Below, piece by piece: positions 25,968-39,500 of a DNA stretch of 64,000 nt. Origin of the DNA: Auanema rhodensis (taxonomy: Eukaryota > Animalia > Nematoda); the NCBI GenBank assembly GCA_964057225.1, contig OZ059900.1, forward strand, positions 21,514,001 through 21,578,000. Direction: 5' to 3'. Below the pieces are notes generated by a model. The model had not been told where the DNA came from. It was given only the letters and a program-made list of their open reading frames with translations, and made no database searches. Position 1 is the first letter of the stretch; each line of letters begins with the position of its first letter. The translations under genes were made by a program, and so were the position numbers.

Positions 25968-28900
25968 TGTTACATACTAAAATGAAGTATTTTACATGCT
26001 GAACACTAGAAAAATACAAAAACACAGTTTTTCCCATGAGAAATATTTTATTATGCTGGAAAACCAGTTTTTGGAAAGTTCGCTGTAAACAAGGTTTTGA
26101 CTTACGATTTCATGTGTTCAAACTCATGCAATGTCAATGAAACCTAGCTCAAAATTGTTCCTACAACGTCTAATTCCACTTTCACGACAAAAAAACAGGG
26201 GTTAGAAAATTAAGGAAATTAGCACATTCTGAGGGCACGCCCCTTATGGCTAATATTGATTAAATCGATTTTTGTTCATATGAGTCGTCAAATGCAACGA
26301 ATTTCAGCGTGTTACATACTTAAATGAAGCATTTTACATGCTGAACACTAGAAAAATACAAAAACACAGTATTTCCCATGAGAAATATTTTATTATACTG
26401 GAAACCAGTTTTTGGAATTTTCGCTGTAAACAAGGTTTTGACTTACGATTTCATGTGTTCAAACTCATGCAATGTCAATGAAACCTAGCTCAAAACTGTT
26501 CGTACAACGTCTAGTTCCACTTTCACGACAAAAAAACAGGGGTTAGAAAATTTAGGAAATTAGCATATTCTGAGGGCACGCCCCTTATGGCTAATATTGA
26601 TTAAATCGATTTTTGTTCATATGAGTCGTCAAATGCAACGAATTTCAGCGTGTTACATACTAAAATGAAGTATTTTACATGCTGAACACTAGAAAAGTAC
26701 AAAAACACAGTATTTCCCATAAGAAATATTTTATTATACTGGAAACCAGTTTTTGGAATTTTCGCTGTAAACAAGGTTTTGACTTACGATTTCATGTGTT
26801 CAAACTCATGCAATGTCAATGAAACCTAGCTCAAAATTGTTCGTACAACGTCTAGTTCCACTTTCACGACAAAAAAACAGGGGTTAGAAAATTAAGGAAA
26901 TTAGCATATTCTGAGGGCACGCCCCTTATGGCTAATATTGATTAAATCGATTTTTGTTCATATGAGTCGTCAAATGCAATTAATTTCAGCGTGTTACATA
27001 CTTAAATGAAGCATTTTACATGCTGAACACTAGAAAAATACAAAAACACAGTATTTCCCATGAGAAATATTTTATTATACTGGAAACCAGTTTTTGGAAT
27101 TTTCGCTGTAAACAAGGTTTTGACTTACGATTTCATGTGTTCAAACTCATGCAATGTCAATGAAACCTAGCTCAAAATTGTTCCTACAACGTCTAATTCC
27201 ACTTTCACGACAAAAAAACAGGGGTTAGAAAATTAAGGAAATTAGCACATTCTGAGGGCACGCCCCTTATGGCTAATATTGATTAAATCGATTTTTGTTC
27301 ATATGAGTCGTCAAATGCAACGAATTTCAGCGTGTTACATACTTAAATGAAGCATTTTACATGCTGAACACTAGAAAAATACAAAAACACAGTATTTCCC
27401 ATGAGAAATATTTTATTATGCTGGAAAACCAGTTTTTGGAAATTTCGCTGTAAACAAGGTTTTGACTTACGATTTCATGTGTTCAAACTCATGCAATGTC
27501 AATGAAACCTAGCTCAAAATTGTTTGTACAACGTCTAGTTCCACTTTCACGACAAAAAAACAGGGGTTAGAAAATTAAGGAAATTAGCATATTCTGAGGG
27601 CACGCCCCTTATGGCTAATATTGATTAAATCGATTTTTGTTCATATGAGTAGTCAAATGCAACGAATTTCAGCGTGTTACATACTTAAATGAAGCATTTT
27701 ACATGCTGAACACTAGAAAAATACAAAAACACAGTATTTCCCATGAGAAATATTTTATTATACTGGAAACCAGTTTTTGGAATTTTCGCTGTAAACAAGG
27801 TTTTGACTTACAATTTCATGTGTTCAAACTCATGCAATGTCAATGAAACCTAGCTCAAAATTGTTCGTACAACGTCTAGTTCCACTTTCACGACAAAAAA
27901 ACAGGGGTTAGAAAATTAAGGAAATTAGCATATTCTGAGGGCACGCCCCTTATGGCTAATATTGATTAAATCGATTTTTGTTCATATGAGTCGTCAAATG
28001 CAACAAATTTCAGCGTGTTACATACTAAAATGAAGTATTTTACATGCTGAACACTAGAAAAATACAAAAACACAGTTTTTCCCATGAGAAATATTTTATT
28101 ATGCTGGAAAACCAGTTTTTGGAAAGTTCGCTGTAAACAAGGTTTTGACTTACGATTTCATGTGTTCAAACTCATGCAATGTCAATGAAACCTAGCTCAA
28201 AATTGTTCCTACAACGTCTAATTCCACTTTCACGACAAAAAAACAGGGGTTAGAAAATTAAGGAAATTAGCACATTCTGAGGGCACGCCCCTTATGGCTA
28301 ATATTGATTAAATCGATTTTTGTTCATATGAGTCGTCAAATGCAACGAATTTCAGCGTGTTACATACTTAAATGAAGTATTTTACATGCTGAACACTAGA
28401 AAAATACAAAAACACAGTATTTCCCATGAGAAATATTTTATTATACTGGAAACCAGTTTTTGGAATTTTCGCTGTAAACAAGGTTTTGACTTACGATTTC
28501 ATGTGTTCAAACTCATGCAATGTCAATGAAACCTAGCTCAAAACTGTTCGTACAACGTCTAGTTCCACTTTCACGACAAAAAAACAGGGGTTAGAAAATT
28601 TAGGAAATTAGCATATTCTGAGGGCACGCCCCTTATGGCTAATATTGATTAAATCGATTTTTGTTCATATGAGTCGTCAAATGCAACGAATTTCAGCGTG
28701 TTACATACTAAAATGAAGTATTTTACATGCTGAACACTAGAAAAGTACAAAAACACAGTATTTCCCATAAGAAATATTTTATTATACTGGAAACCAGTTT
28801 TTGGAATTTTCGCTGTAAACAAGGTTTTGACTTACGATTTCATGTGTTCAAACTCATGCAATGTCAATGAAACCTAGCTCAAAATTGTTCGTACAACGTC

Positions 28901-29380
28901 TAGTTCCACTTTCACGACAAAAAAACAGGGGTTAGAAAATTAAGGAAATTAGCATATTCTGAGGGCACGCCCCTTATGGCTAATATTGATTAAATCGATT
29001 TTTGTTCATATGAGTCGTCAAATGCAATTAATTTCAGCGTGTTACATACTTAAATGAAGCATTTTACATGCTGAACACTAGAAAAATACAAAAACACAGT
29101 ATTTCCCATGAGAAATATTTTATTATACTGGAAACCAGTTTTTGGAATTTTCGCTGTAAACAAGGTTTTGACTTACGATTTCATGTGTTCAAACTCATGC
29201 AATGTCAATGAAACCTAGCTCAAAACTGTTCGTACAACGTCTAGTTCCACTTTCACGACAAAAAAACAGGGGTTAGAAAATTAAGGAAATTAGCATATTC
29301 TGAGGGCACGCCCCTTATGGCTAATATTGATTAAATCGATTTTTGTTCATATGAGTCGTCAAATGCAATTAATTTCAGCG
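25968..29380. repeat. Local 6-monomer-period duplication (2048 bp)
   Basis: A caacaaat junction followed by the same four monomer types starts at 25968 and at 28016. The gaaaagtac+cataag monomer is at 26651 and 28699. Confidence 0.7.
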
Positions 29381-31774
29381 TGTTACATACTTAAATGAAG
29401 CATTTTACATGCTGAACACTAGAAAAATACAAAAACACAGTTTTTCCCATGAGAAATATTTTATTATGCTGGAAAACCAGTTTTTGGAAATTTCGCTGTA
29501 AACAAGGTTTTGACTTACGATTTCATGTGTTCAAACTCATGCAATGTCAATGAAACCTAGCTCAAAATTGTTCTTACAACGTCTAATTCCACTTTCACGA
29601 CAAAAAAACAGGGGTTAGAAAATTTAGGAAATTAGCATATTCTGAGGGCACGCCCCTTATGGCTAATATTGATTAAATCGATTTTTGTTCATATGAGTCG
29701 TCAAATGCAACGAATTTCAGCGTATTACATACTAAAATGAAGTATTTCACATGCTGAACACTAGAAAAATACAAAAACACAGTATTTCCCATGAGAAATA
29801 TTTTATTATGCTGGAAAACCAGTTTTTGGAAATTTCGCTGTAAACAAGGTTTTGACTTACGATTTCATGTGTTCAAACTCATGCAATGTCAATGAAACCT
29901 TGCTCAAAATTGTTCCTACAACGTCTAGTTCCACTTTCACGACAAAAAAACAGGGGTTAGAAAATTAAGGAAATTAGCATATTCTGAGGGCACGCCCCTT
30001 ATGGCTAATATTGATTAAATCGATTTTTGTTCATATGAGTCGTCAAATGAAACGAATTTCAGGGTGTTACATACTAAAATGAAGCATTTTACATGCTGAA
30101 CACTATAAAAATACAAAAACACAGTATTTCCCATGAGAAATATTTTATTATGCTGGAAAACCAGTTTTTGGAAAGTTCGCTGTAAACAAGGTTTTGACTT
30201 ACGATTTCATGTGTTCAAACTCATGCAATGTCAATGAAACCTAGCTCAAAATTGTTCCTACAACGTCTAATTCCACTTTCACGACAAAAAAACAGGGGTT
30301 AGAAAATTAAGGAAATTAGCACATTCTGAGGGCACGCCCCTTATGGCTAATATTGATTAAATCGATTTTTGTTCATATGAGTCGTCAAATGCAACAAATT
30401 TCAGCGTGTTACATACTAAAATGAAGTATTTTACATGCTGAACACTAGAAAAATACAAAAACACAGTTTTTCCCATGAGAAATATTTTATTATGCTGGAA
30501 AACCAGTTTTTGGAAATTTCGCTGTAAACAAGGTTTTGACTTACGATTTCATGTGTTCAAACTCATGCAATGTCAATGAAACCTAGCTCAAAATTGTTCC
30601 TACAACGTCTAGTTCCACTTTCACGACAAAAAAACAGGGGTTAGAAAATTTAGGAAATTAGCATATTCTGAGGGCACGCCCCTTATGGCTAATATTGATT
30701 AAATCGATTTTTGTTCATATGAGTCGTCAAATGCATTGAATTTCAGCGTATTACATACTAAAATGAAGTATTTCACATGCTGAACACTAGAAAAATACAA
30801 AAACACAGTATTTCCCATGAGAAATATTTTATTATGCTGGAAAACCAGTTTTTGGAAATTTCACTGTAAACAAGGTTTTGACTTACGATTTCATGTGTTC
30901 AAACTCATGCAATGTCAATGAAACCTTGCTCAAAATTGTTCCTACAACGTCTAGTTCCACTTTCACGACAAAAAAACAGGGGTTAGAAAATTAAGGAAAT
31001 TAGCATATTCTGAGGGCACGCCCCTTATGGCTAATATTGATTAAATCGATTTTTGTTCATATGAGTCGTCAAATGCAACGAATTTCAGCGTGTTACATAC
31101 TAAAATGAAGCATTTTACATGCTGAACACTATAAAAATACAAAAACACAGTATTTCCCATGAGAAATATTTTATTATGCTGGAAAACCAGTTTTTGGAAA
31201 GTTCGCTGTAAACAAGGTTTTGACTTACGATTTCATGTGTTCAAACTCATGCAATGTCAATGAAACCTAGCTCAAAATTGTTCGTACAACGTCTAGTTCC
31301 ACTTTCACGACAAAAAAACAGGGGTTAGAAAATTAAGGAAATTAGCATATTCTGAGGGCACGCCCCTTATGGCTAATATTGATTAAATCGATTTTTGTTC
31401 ATATGAGTCGTCAAATGCAACGAATTTCAGCGTGTTACATACTAAAATGAAGCATTTTACATGCTGAACACTAGAAAAATACAAAAACACAGTATTTCCC
31501 ATGAGAAATATTTTATTATGCTGGAAAACCAGTTTTTGGAAATTTCGCTGTAAACAAGGTTTTGACTTACGATTTCATGTGTTCAAACTCATGCAATGTC
31601 AATGAAACCTAGCTCAAAATTGTTCCTACAACGTCTAGTTCCACTTTCACGACAAAAAAACAGGGGTTAGAAAATTTAGGAAATTAGCATATTCTGAGGG
31701 CACGCCCCTTATGGCTAATATTGATTAAATCGATTTTTGTTCATATGAGTCGTCAAATGCAACGAATTTCAGCG

Positions 31775-34700
31775 TATTACAAACTAAAATGAAGTATTTC
31801 ACATGCTGAACACTAGAAAAATACAAAAACACAGTATTTCCCATGAGAAATATTTTATTATGCTGGAAAACCAGCTTTTGGAAATTTCGCTGTAAACAAG
31901 GTTTTGACTTACGATTTCATGTGTTCAAACTCATGCAATGTCAATGAAACCTTGCTCAAAATTGTTCCTACAACGTCTAGTTCCACTTTCACGACAAAAA
32001 AACAGGGGTTAGAAAATTTAGGAAATTAGCATATTCTGAGGGCACGCCCCTTATGGCTAATATTGATTAAATCGATTTTTGTTCATATGAGTCGTCAAAT
32101 GAAACGAATTTCAGGGTGTTACATACTAAAATGAAGCATTTTACATGCTGAACACTATAAAAATACAAAAACACAGTATTTCCCATGAGAAATATTTTAT
32201 TGTGCTGGAAAACCAGTTTTTGGAAAGTTCGCTGTAAACAAGGTTTTGACTTACGATTTCATGTGTTCAAACTCATGCAATGTCAATGAAACCTAGCTCA
32301 AAATTGTTCCTACAACGTCTAATTCCACTTTCACGACAAAAAAACAGGGGTTAGAAAATTAAGGAAATTAGCACATTCTGAGGGCACGCCCCTTATGGCT
32401 AATATTGATTAAATCGATTTTTGTTCATATGAGTCGTCAAATGCAACGAATTTCAGCGTGTTACATACTAAAATGAAGTATTTTACATGCTGAACACTAG
32501 AAAAATACAAAAACACAGTATTTCCCATGAGAAATATTTTATTATGCTGGAAAACCAGTTTTTGGAAATTTCGCTGTAAACAAGGTTTTGACTTACGATT
32601 TCATGTGTTCAAACTCATGCAATGTCAATGAAACCTAGCTCAAAATTGTTCCTACAACGTCTAGTTCCACTTTCACGACAAAAAACAGGGGTTAGAAAAT
32701 TGAGGAAATTAGCATATTCTGAGGGCACGCCTCTATGGCTTATATTGATTAAATCGATTTTTGTTCATATGATTCGTCAAATGCATTGAATTTCAGCGTG
32801 TTACATACTAAAATGAAGTGTTTTACATGCTGAACACTAGAAAAATACAAAAACACAGTATTTCCCATGAGAAATATTTTATTATGCTGGAAAACCAGTT
32901 TTTGGAAATTTCGCTGTAAACAAGGTTTTGACTTACGATTTCATGTGTTCAAACTCATGCAATGTCAATGAAACCTAGCTCAAAATTGTTCCTACAACGT
33001 CTAGTTCCACTTTCACGACAAAAAACAGGGGTTAGAAAATTAAGGAAATTAGCATATTCTGAGGGCACGCCCCTTATGGCTAATATTGATTAAATCGATT
33101 TTTGTTCATATGAGTCGTCAAATGCAACGAATTTCAGCGTGTTACATACTAAAATGAAGCATTTTACATGCTGAACACTATAAAAATACAAAAACACAGT
33201 ATTTCCCATGAGAAATATTTTATTATGCTGGAAAACCAGTTTTTGGAAATTTCGCTGTAAACAAGGTTTTGACTTACGATTTCATGTGTTCAAACTCATG
33301 CAATGTCAATGAAACCTAGCTCAAAATTGTTCCTACAACGTCTAATTCCACTTTCACGACAAAAAAACAGGGGTTAGAAAATTAAGGAAATTAGCATATT
33401 CTGAGGGCACGCCCCTTATGGCTAATATTGATTAAATCGATTTTTGTTCATATGAGTCGTCAAATGCAACGAATTTTAGCGTGTTACATACTAAAATGAA
33501 GCATTTTACATGCTGAACACTAGAAAAATACAAAAACACAGTATTTCCCATGAGAAATATTTTATTATGCTGGAAAACCAGTTTTTGGAAATTTCGCTGT
33601 AAACAAGGTTTTGACTTACGATTTCATGTGTTCAAACTCATGCAATGTCAATGAAACCTAGCTCAAAATTGTTCGTACAACGTCTAGTTCCACTTTCACG
33701 ACAAAAAAACAGGGGTTAGAAAATTAAGGAAATTAGCATATTCTGAGGGCACGCCCCTTATGGCTAATATTGATTAAATCGATTTTTGTTCATATGAGTC
33801 GTCAAATGCAACGAATTTTAGCGTGTTACATACTAAAATGAAGCATTTTACATGCTGAACACTAGAAAAATACAAAAACACAGTATTTCCCATGAGAAAT
33901 ATTTTATTATGCTGGAAAACCAGTTTTTGGAAATTTCGCTGTAAACAAGGTTTTGACTTACGATTTCATGTGTTCAAACTCATGCAATGTCAATGAAACC
34001 TAGCTCAAAATTGTTCGTACAACGTCTAGTTCCACTTTCACGACAAAAAAACAGGGGTTAGAAAATTAAGGAAATTAGCATATTCTGAGGGCACGCCCCT
34101 TATGGCTAATATTGATTAAATCGATTTTTGTTCATATGAGTCGTCAAATGCAACGAATTTCAGCGTATTACAAACTAAAATGAAGTATTTCACATGCTGA
34201 ACACTAGAAAAATACAAAAACACAGTATTTCCCATGAGAAATATTTTATTATGCTGGAAAACCAGTTTTTGGAAATTTCGCTGTAAACAAGGTTTTGACT
34301 TACGATTTCATGTGTTCAAACTCATGCAATGTCAATGAAACCTTGCTCAAAATTGTTCCTACAACGTCTAGTTCCACTTTCACGACAAAAAAACAGGGGT
34401 TAGAAAATTTAGGAAATTAGCATATTCTGAGGGCACGCCCCTTATGGCTAATATTGATTAAATCGATTTTTGTTCATATGAGTCGTCAAATGAAACGAAT
34501 TTCAGGGTGTTACATACTAAAATGAAGCATTTTACATGCTGAACACTATAAAAATACAAAAACACAGTATTTCCCATGAGAAATATTTTATTATGCTGGA
34601 AAACCAGTTTTTGGAAAGTTCGCTGTAAACAAGGTTTTGACTTACGATTTCATGTGTTCAAACTCATGCAATGTCAATGAAACCTAGCTCAAAATTGTTC

Positions 34701-36556
34701 CTACAACGTCTAATTCCACTTTCACGACAAAAAAACAGGGGTTAGAAAATTAAGGAAATTAGCACATTCTGAGGGCACGCCCCTTATGGCTAATATTGAT
34801 TAAATCGATTTTTGTTCATATGAGTCGTCAAATGCAACGAATTTCAGCGTTTTACATACTAAAATGAAGTATTTTACATGCTGAACACTAGAAAAATACA
34901 AAAACACAGTATTTCCCATGAGAAATATTTTATTATGCTGGAAAACCAGTTTTTGGAAATTTCGCTGTAAACAAGGTTTTGACTTACGATTTCATGTGTT
35001 CAAACTCATGCAATGTCAATGAAACCTAGCTCAAAATTGTTCCTACAACGTCTAGTTCCACTTTCACGACAAAAAACAGGGGTTAGAAAATTAAGGAAAT
35101 TAGCATATTCTGAGGGCACGCCTCTATGGCTTATATTGATTAAATCGATTTTTGTTCATATGATTCGTCAAATGCATTGAATTTCAGCGTGTTACATACT
35201 AAAATGAAGTGTTTTACATGCTGAACACTAGAAAAATACAAAAACACAGTATTTCCCATGAGAAATATTTTATTATGCTGGAAAACCAGTTTTTGAAAAT
35301 TTCGCTGTAAACAAGGTTTTGACTTACGATTTCATGTGTTCAAACTCATGCAATGTCAATGAAACCTAGCTCAAAATTGTTCCTACAACGTCTAGTTCCA
35401 CTTTCACGACAAAAAACAGGGGTTAGAAAATTAAGGAAATTAGCATATTCTGAGGGCACGCCCCTTATGGCTAATATTGATTAAATCGATTTTTGTTCAT
35501 ATGAGTCGTCAAATGCAACGAATTTCAGCGTGTTACATACTAAAATGAAGCATTTTACATGCTGAACACTATAAAAATACAAAAACACAGTATTTCCCAT
35601 GAGAAATATTTTATTATGCTGGAAAACCAGTTTTTGGAAATTTCGCTGTAAACAAGGTTTTGACTTACGATTTCATGTGTTCAAACTCATGCAATGTCAG
35701 TGAAACCTAGCTCAAAATTGTTCCTACAACGTCTAATTCCACTTTCACGACAAAAAAACAGGGGTTAGAAAATTAAGGAAATTAGCATATTCTGAGGGCA
35801 CGCCCCTTATGGCTAATATTGATTAAATCGATTTTTGTTCATATGAGTCGTCAAATGCAACGAATTTTAGCGTGTTACATACTAAAATGAAGCATTTTAC
35901 ATGCTGAACACTAGAAAAATACAAAAACACAGTATTTCCCATGAGAAATATTTTATTATGCTGGAAAACCAGTTTTTGGAAATTTCGCTGTAAACAAGGT
36001 TTTGACTTACGATTTCATGTGTTCAAACTCATGCAATGTCAATGAAACCTAGCTCAAAATTGTTCGTACAACGTCTAGTTCCACTTTCACGACAAAAAAA
36101 CAGGGGTTAGAAAATTAAGGAAATTAGCATATTCTGAGGGCACGCCCCTTATGGCTAATATTGATTAAATCGATTTTTGTTCATATGAGTCGTCAAATGC
36201 AACGAATTTTAGCGTGTTACATACTAAAATGAAGCATTTTACATGCTGAACACTAGAAAAATACAAAAACACAGTATTTCCCATGAGAAATATTTTATTA
36301 TGCTGGAAAACCAGTTTTTGGAAATTTCGCTGTAAACAAGGTTTTGACTTACGATTTCATGTGTTCAAACTCATGCAATGTCAATGAAACCTAGCTCAAA
36401 ATTGTTCGTACAACGTCTAGTTCCACTTTCACGACAAAAAAACAGGGGTTAGAAAATTAAGGAAATTAGCATATTCTGAGGGCACGCCCCTTATGGCTAA
36501 TATTGATTAAATCGATTTTTGTTCATATGAGTCGTCAAATGCAACGAATTTCAGCG
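31775..36556. repeat. Tandem 7-monomer HOR, two copies (period 2391 bp)
   Basis: The variant cluster cctctatggcttatatt / gattcgtc / cattgaa / aagtgtttt occurs at ~32730-32824 and ~35121-35215. Units start at 31775 and 34166. Confidence 0.85.
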
Positions 36557-39500
36557 TGTTACATACTAAAATGAAGCATTTTACATGCTGAACACTAGAA
36601 AAATACAAAAACACAGTATTTCCCATGAGAAATATTTTATTATGCTGGAAAACCAGTTTTTGGAAATTTCGCTGTAAACAAGGTTTTGACTTACGATTTC
36701 ATGTGTTCAAACTCATGCAATGTCAATGAAACCTAGCTCAAAATTGTTCCTACAACGTCTAGTTCCACTTTCACGACAAAAAAACAGGGGTTAGAAAATT
36801 TAGGAAATTAGCATATTCTGAGGGCACGCCCCTTATGGCTAATATTGATTAAATCGATTTTTGTTCATATGAGTCGTCAAATGCAACGAATTTCAGCGTA
36901 TTACAAACTAAAATGAAGTATTTCACATGCTGAACACTAGAAAAATACAAAAACACAGTATTTCCCATGAGAAATATTTTATTATGCTGGAAAACCAGTT
37001 TTTGGAAATTTCGCTGTAAACAAGGTTTTGACTTACGATTTCATGTGTTCAAACTCATGCAATGTCAATGAAACCTTGCTCAAAATTGTTCCTACAACGT
37101 CTAGTTCCACTTTCACGACAAAAAAACAGGGGTTAGAAAATTTAGGAAATTAGCATATTCTGAGGGCACGCCCCTTATGGCTAATATTGATTAAATCGAT
37201 TTTTGTTCATATGAGTCGTCAAATGAAACGAATTTCAGGGTGTTACATACTAAAATGAAGCATTTTACATGCTGAACACTATAAAAATACAAAAACACAG
37301 TATTTCCCATGAGAAATATTTTATTATGCTGGAAAACCAGTTTTTGGAAAGTTCGCTGTAAACAAGGTTTTGACTTACGATTTCATGTGTTCAAACTCAT
37401 GCAATGTCAATGAAACCTAGCTCAAAATTGTTCCTACAACGTCTAATTCCACTTTCACGACAAAAAAACAGGGGTTAGAAAATTAAGGAAATTAGCACAT
37501 TCTGAGGGCACGCCCCTTATGGCTAATATTGATTAAATCGATTTTTGTTCATATGAGTCGTCAAATGCAACGAATTTCAGCGTGTTACATACTAAAATGA
37601 AGTATTTTACATGCTGAACACTAGAAAAATACAAAAACACAGTATTTCCCATGAGAAATATTTTATTATGCTGGAAAACCAGTTTTTGGAAATTTCGCTG
37701 TAAACAAGGTTTTGACTTACGATTTCATGTGTTCAAACTCATGCAATGTCAATGAAACCTAGCTCAAAATTGTTCCTACAACGTCTAGTTCCACTTTCAC
37801 GACAAAAAAACAGGGGTTAGAAAATTTAGGAAATTAGCATATTCTGAGGGCACGCCCCTTATGGCTAATATTGATTAAATCGATTTTTGTTCATATGAGT
37901 CGTCAAATGCAACGAATTTCAGCGTATTACAAACTAAAATGAAGTATTTCACATGCTGAACACTAGAAAAATACAAAAACACAGTATTTCCCATGAGAAA
38001 TATTTTATTATGCTGGAAAACCAGTTTTTGGAAATTTCGCTGTAAACAAGGTTTTGACTTACGATTTCATGTGTTCAAACTCATGCAATGTCAATGAAAC
38101 CTAGCTCAAAATTGTTCGTACAACGTCTAGTTCCACTTTCACGACAAAAAAACAGGGGTTAGAAAATTAAGGAAATTAGCATATTCTGAGGGCACGCCCC
38201 TTATGGCTAATATTGATTAAATCGATTTTTGTTCATATGAGTCGTCAAATGCAACGAATTTCAGCGTATTACAAACTAAAATGAAGTATTTCACATGCTG
38301 ATCACTAGAAAAATACAAAAACACAATATTTCCCATGAGAAATATTTTATTATGCTGGAAAACCAGTTTTTGGAAAGTTCGCTGTAAACAAGGTTTTGAC
38401 TTACGATTTCATGTGTTCAAACTCATGCAATGTCAATGAAACCTAGCTCAAAATTGTTCCTACAACGTCTAATTCCACTTTCACGACAAAAAAACAGGGG
38501 TTAGAAAATTAAGGAAATTAGCACATTCTGAGGGCACGCCCCTTATGGCTAATATTGATTAAATCGATTTTTGTTCATATGAGTCGTCAAATGCAACGAA
38601 TTTCAGCGTGTTACATACTAAAATGAAGTATTTTACATGCTGAACACTAGAGAAATACAAAAACACAGTATTTCCCATAAGAAATATTTTATTATGCTGG
38701 AAAACCAGTTTTTGGAAATTTCGCTGTAAACAAGGTTTTGACTTACGATTTCATGTGTTCAAACTCATGCAATGTCAATGAAACCTAGCTCAAAATTGTT
38801 CGTACAACGTCTAGTTCCACTTTCACGACAAAAAAACAGGGGTTAGAAAATTAAGGAAATTAGCATATTCTGAGGGCACGCCCCTTATGGCTAATATTGA
38901 TTAAATCGATTTTTGTTCATATGAGTAGTCAAATGCAACGAATTTCAGCGTGTTACATACTTAAATGAAGCATTTTACATGCTGAACACTAGAAAAATAC
39001 AAAAACACAGTATTTCCCATGAGAAATATTTTATTATACTGGAAACCAGTTTTTGGAATTTTCGCTGTAAACAAGGTTTTGACTTACAATTTCATGTGTT
39101 CAAACTCATGCAATGTCAATGAAACCTAGCTCAAAATTGTTCGTACAACGTCTAGTTCCACTTTCACGACAAAAAAACAGGGGTTAGAAAATTAAGGAAA
39201 TTAGCATATTCTGAGGGCACGCCCCTTATGGCTAATATTGATTAAATCGATTTTTGTTCATATGAGTCGTCAAATGAAACGAATTTCAGGGTGTTACATA
39301 CTAAAATGAAGCATTTTACATGCTGAACACTATAAAAATACAAAAACACAGTATTTCCCATGAGAAATATTTTATTATGCTGGAAAACCAGTTTTTGGAA
39401 AGTTCGCTGTAAACAAGGTTTTGACTTACGATTTCATGTGTTCAAACTCATGCAATGTCAATGAAACCTAGCTCAAAATTGTTCCTACAACGTCTAATTC

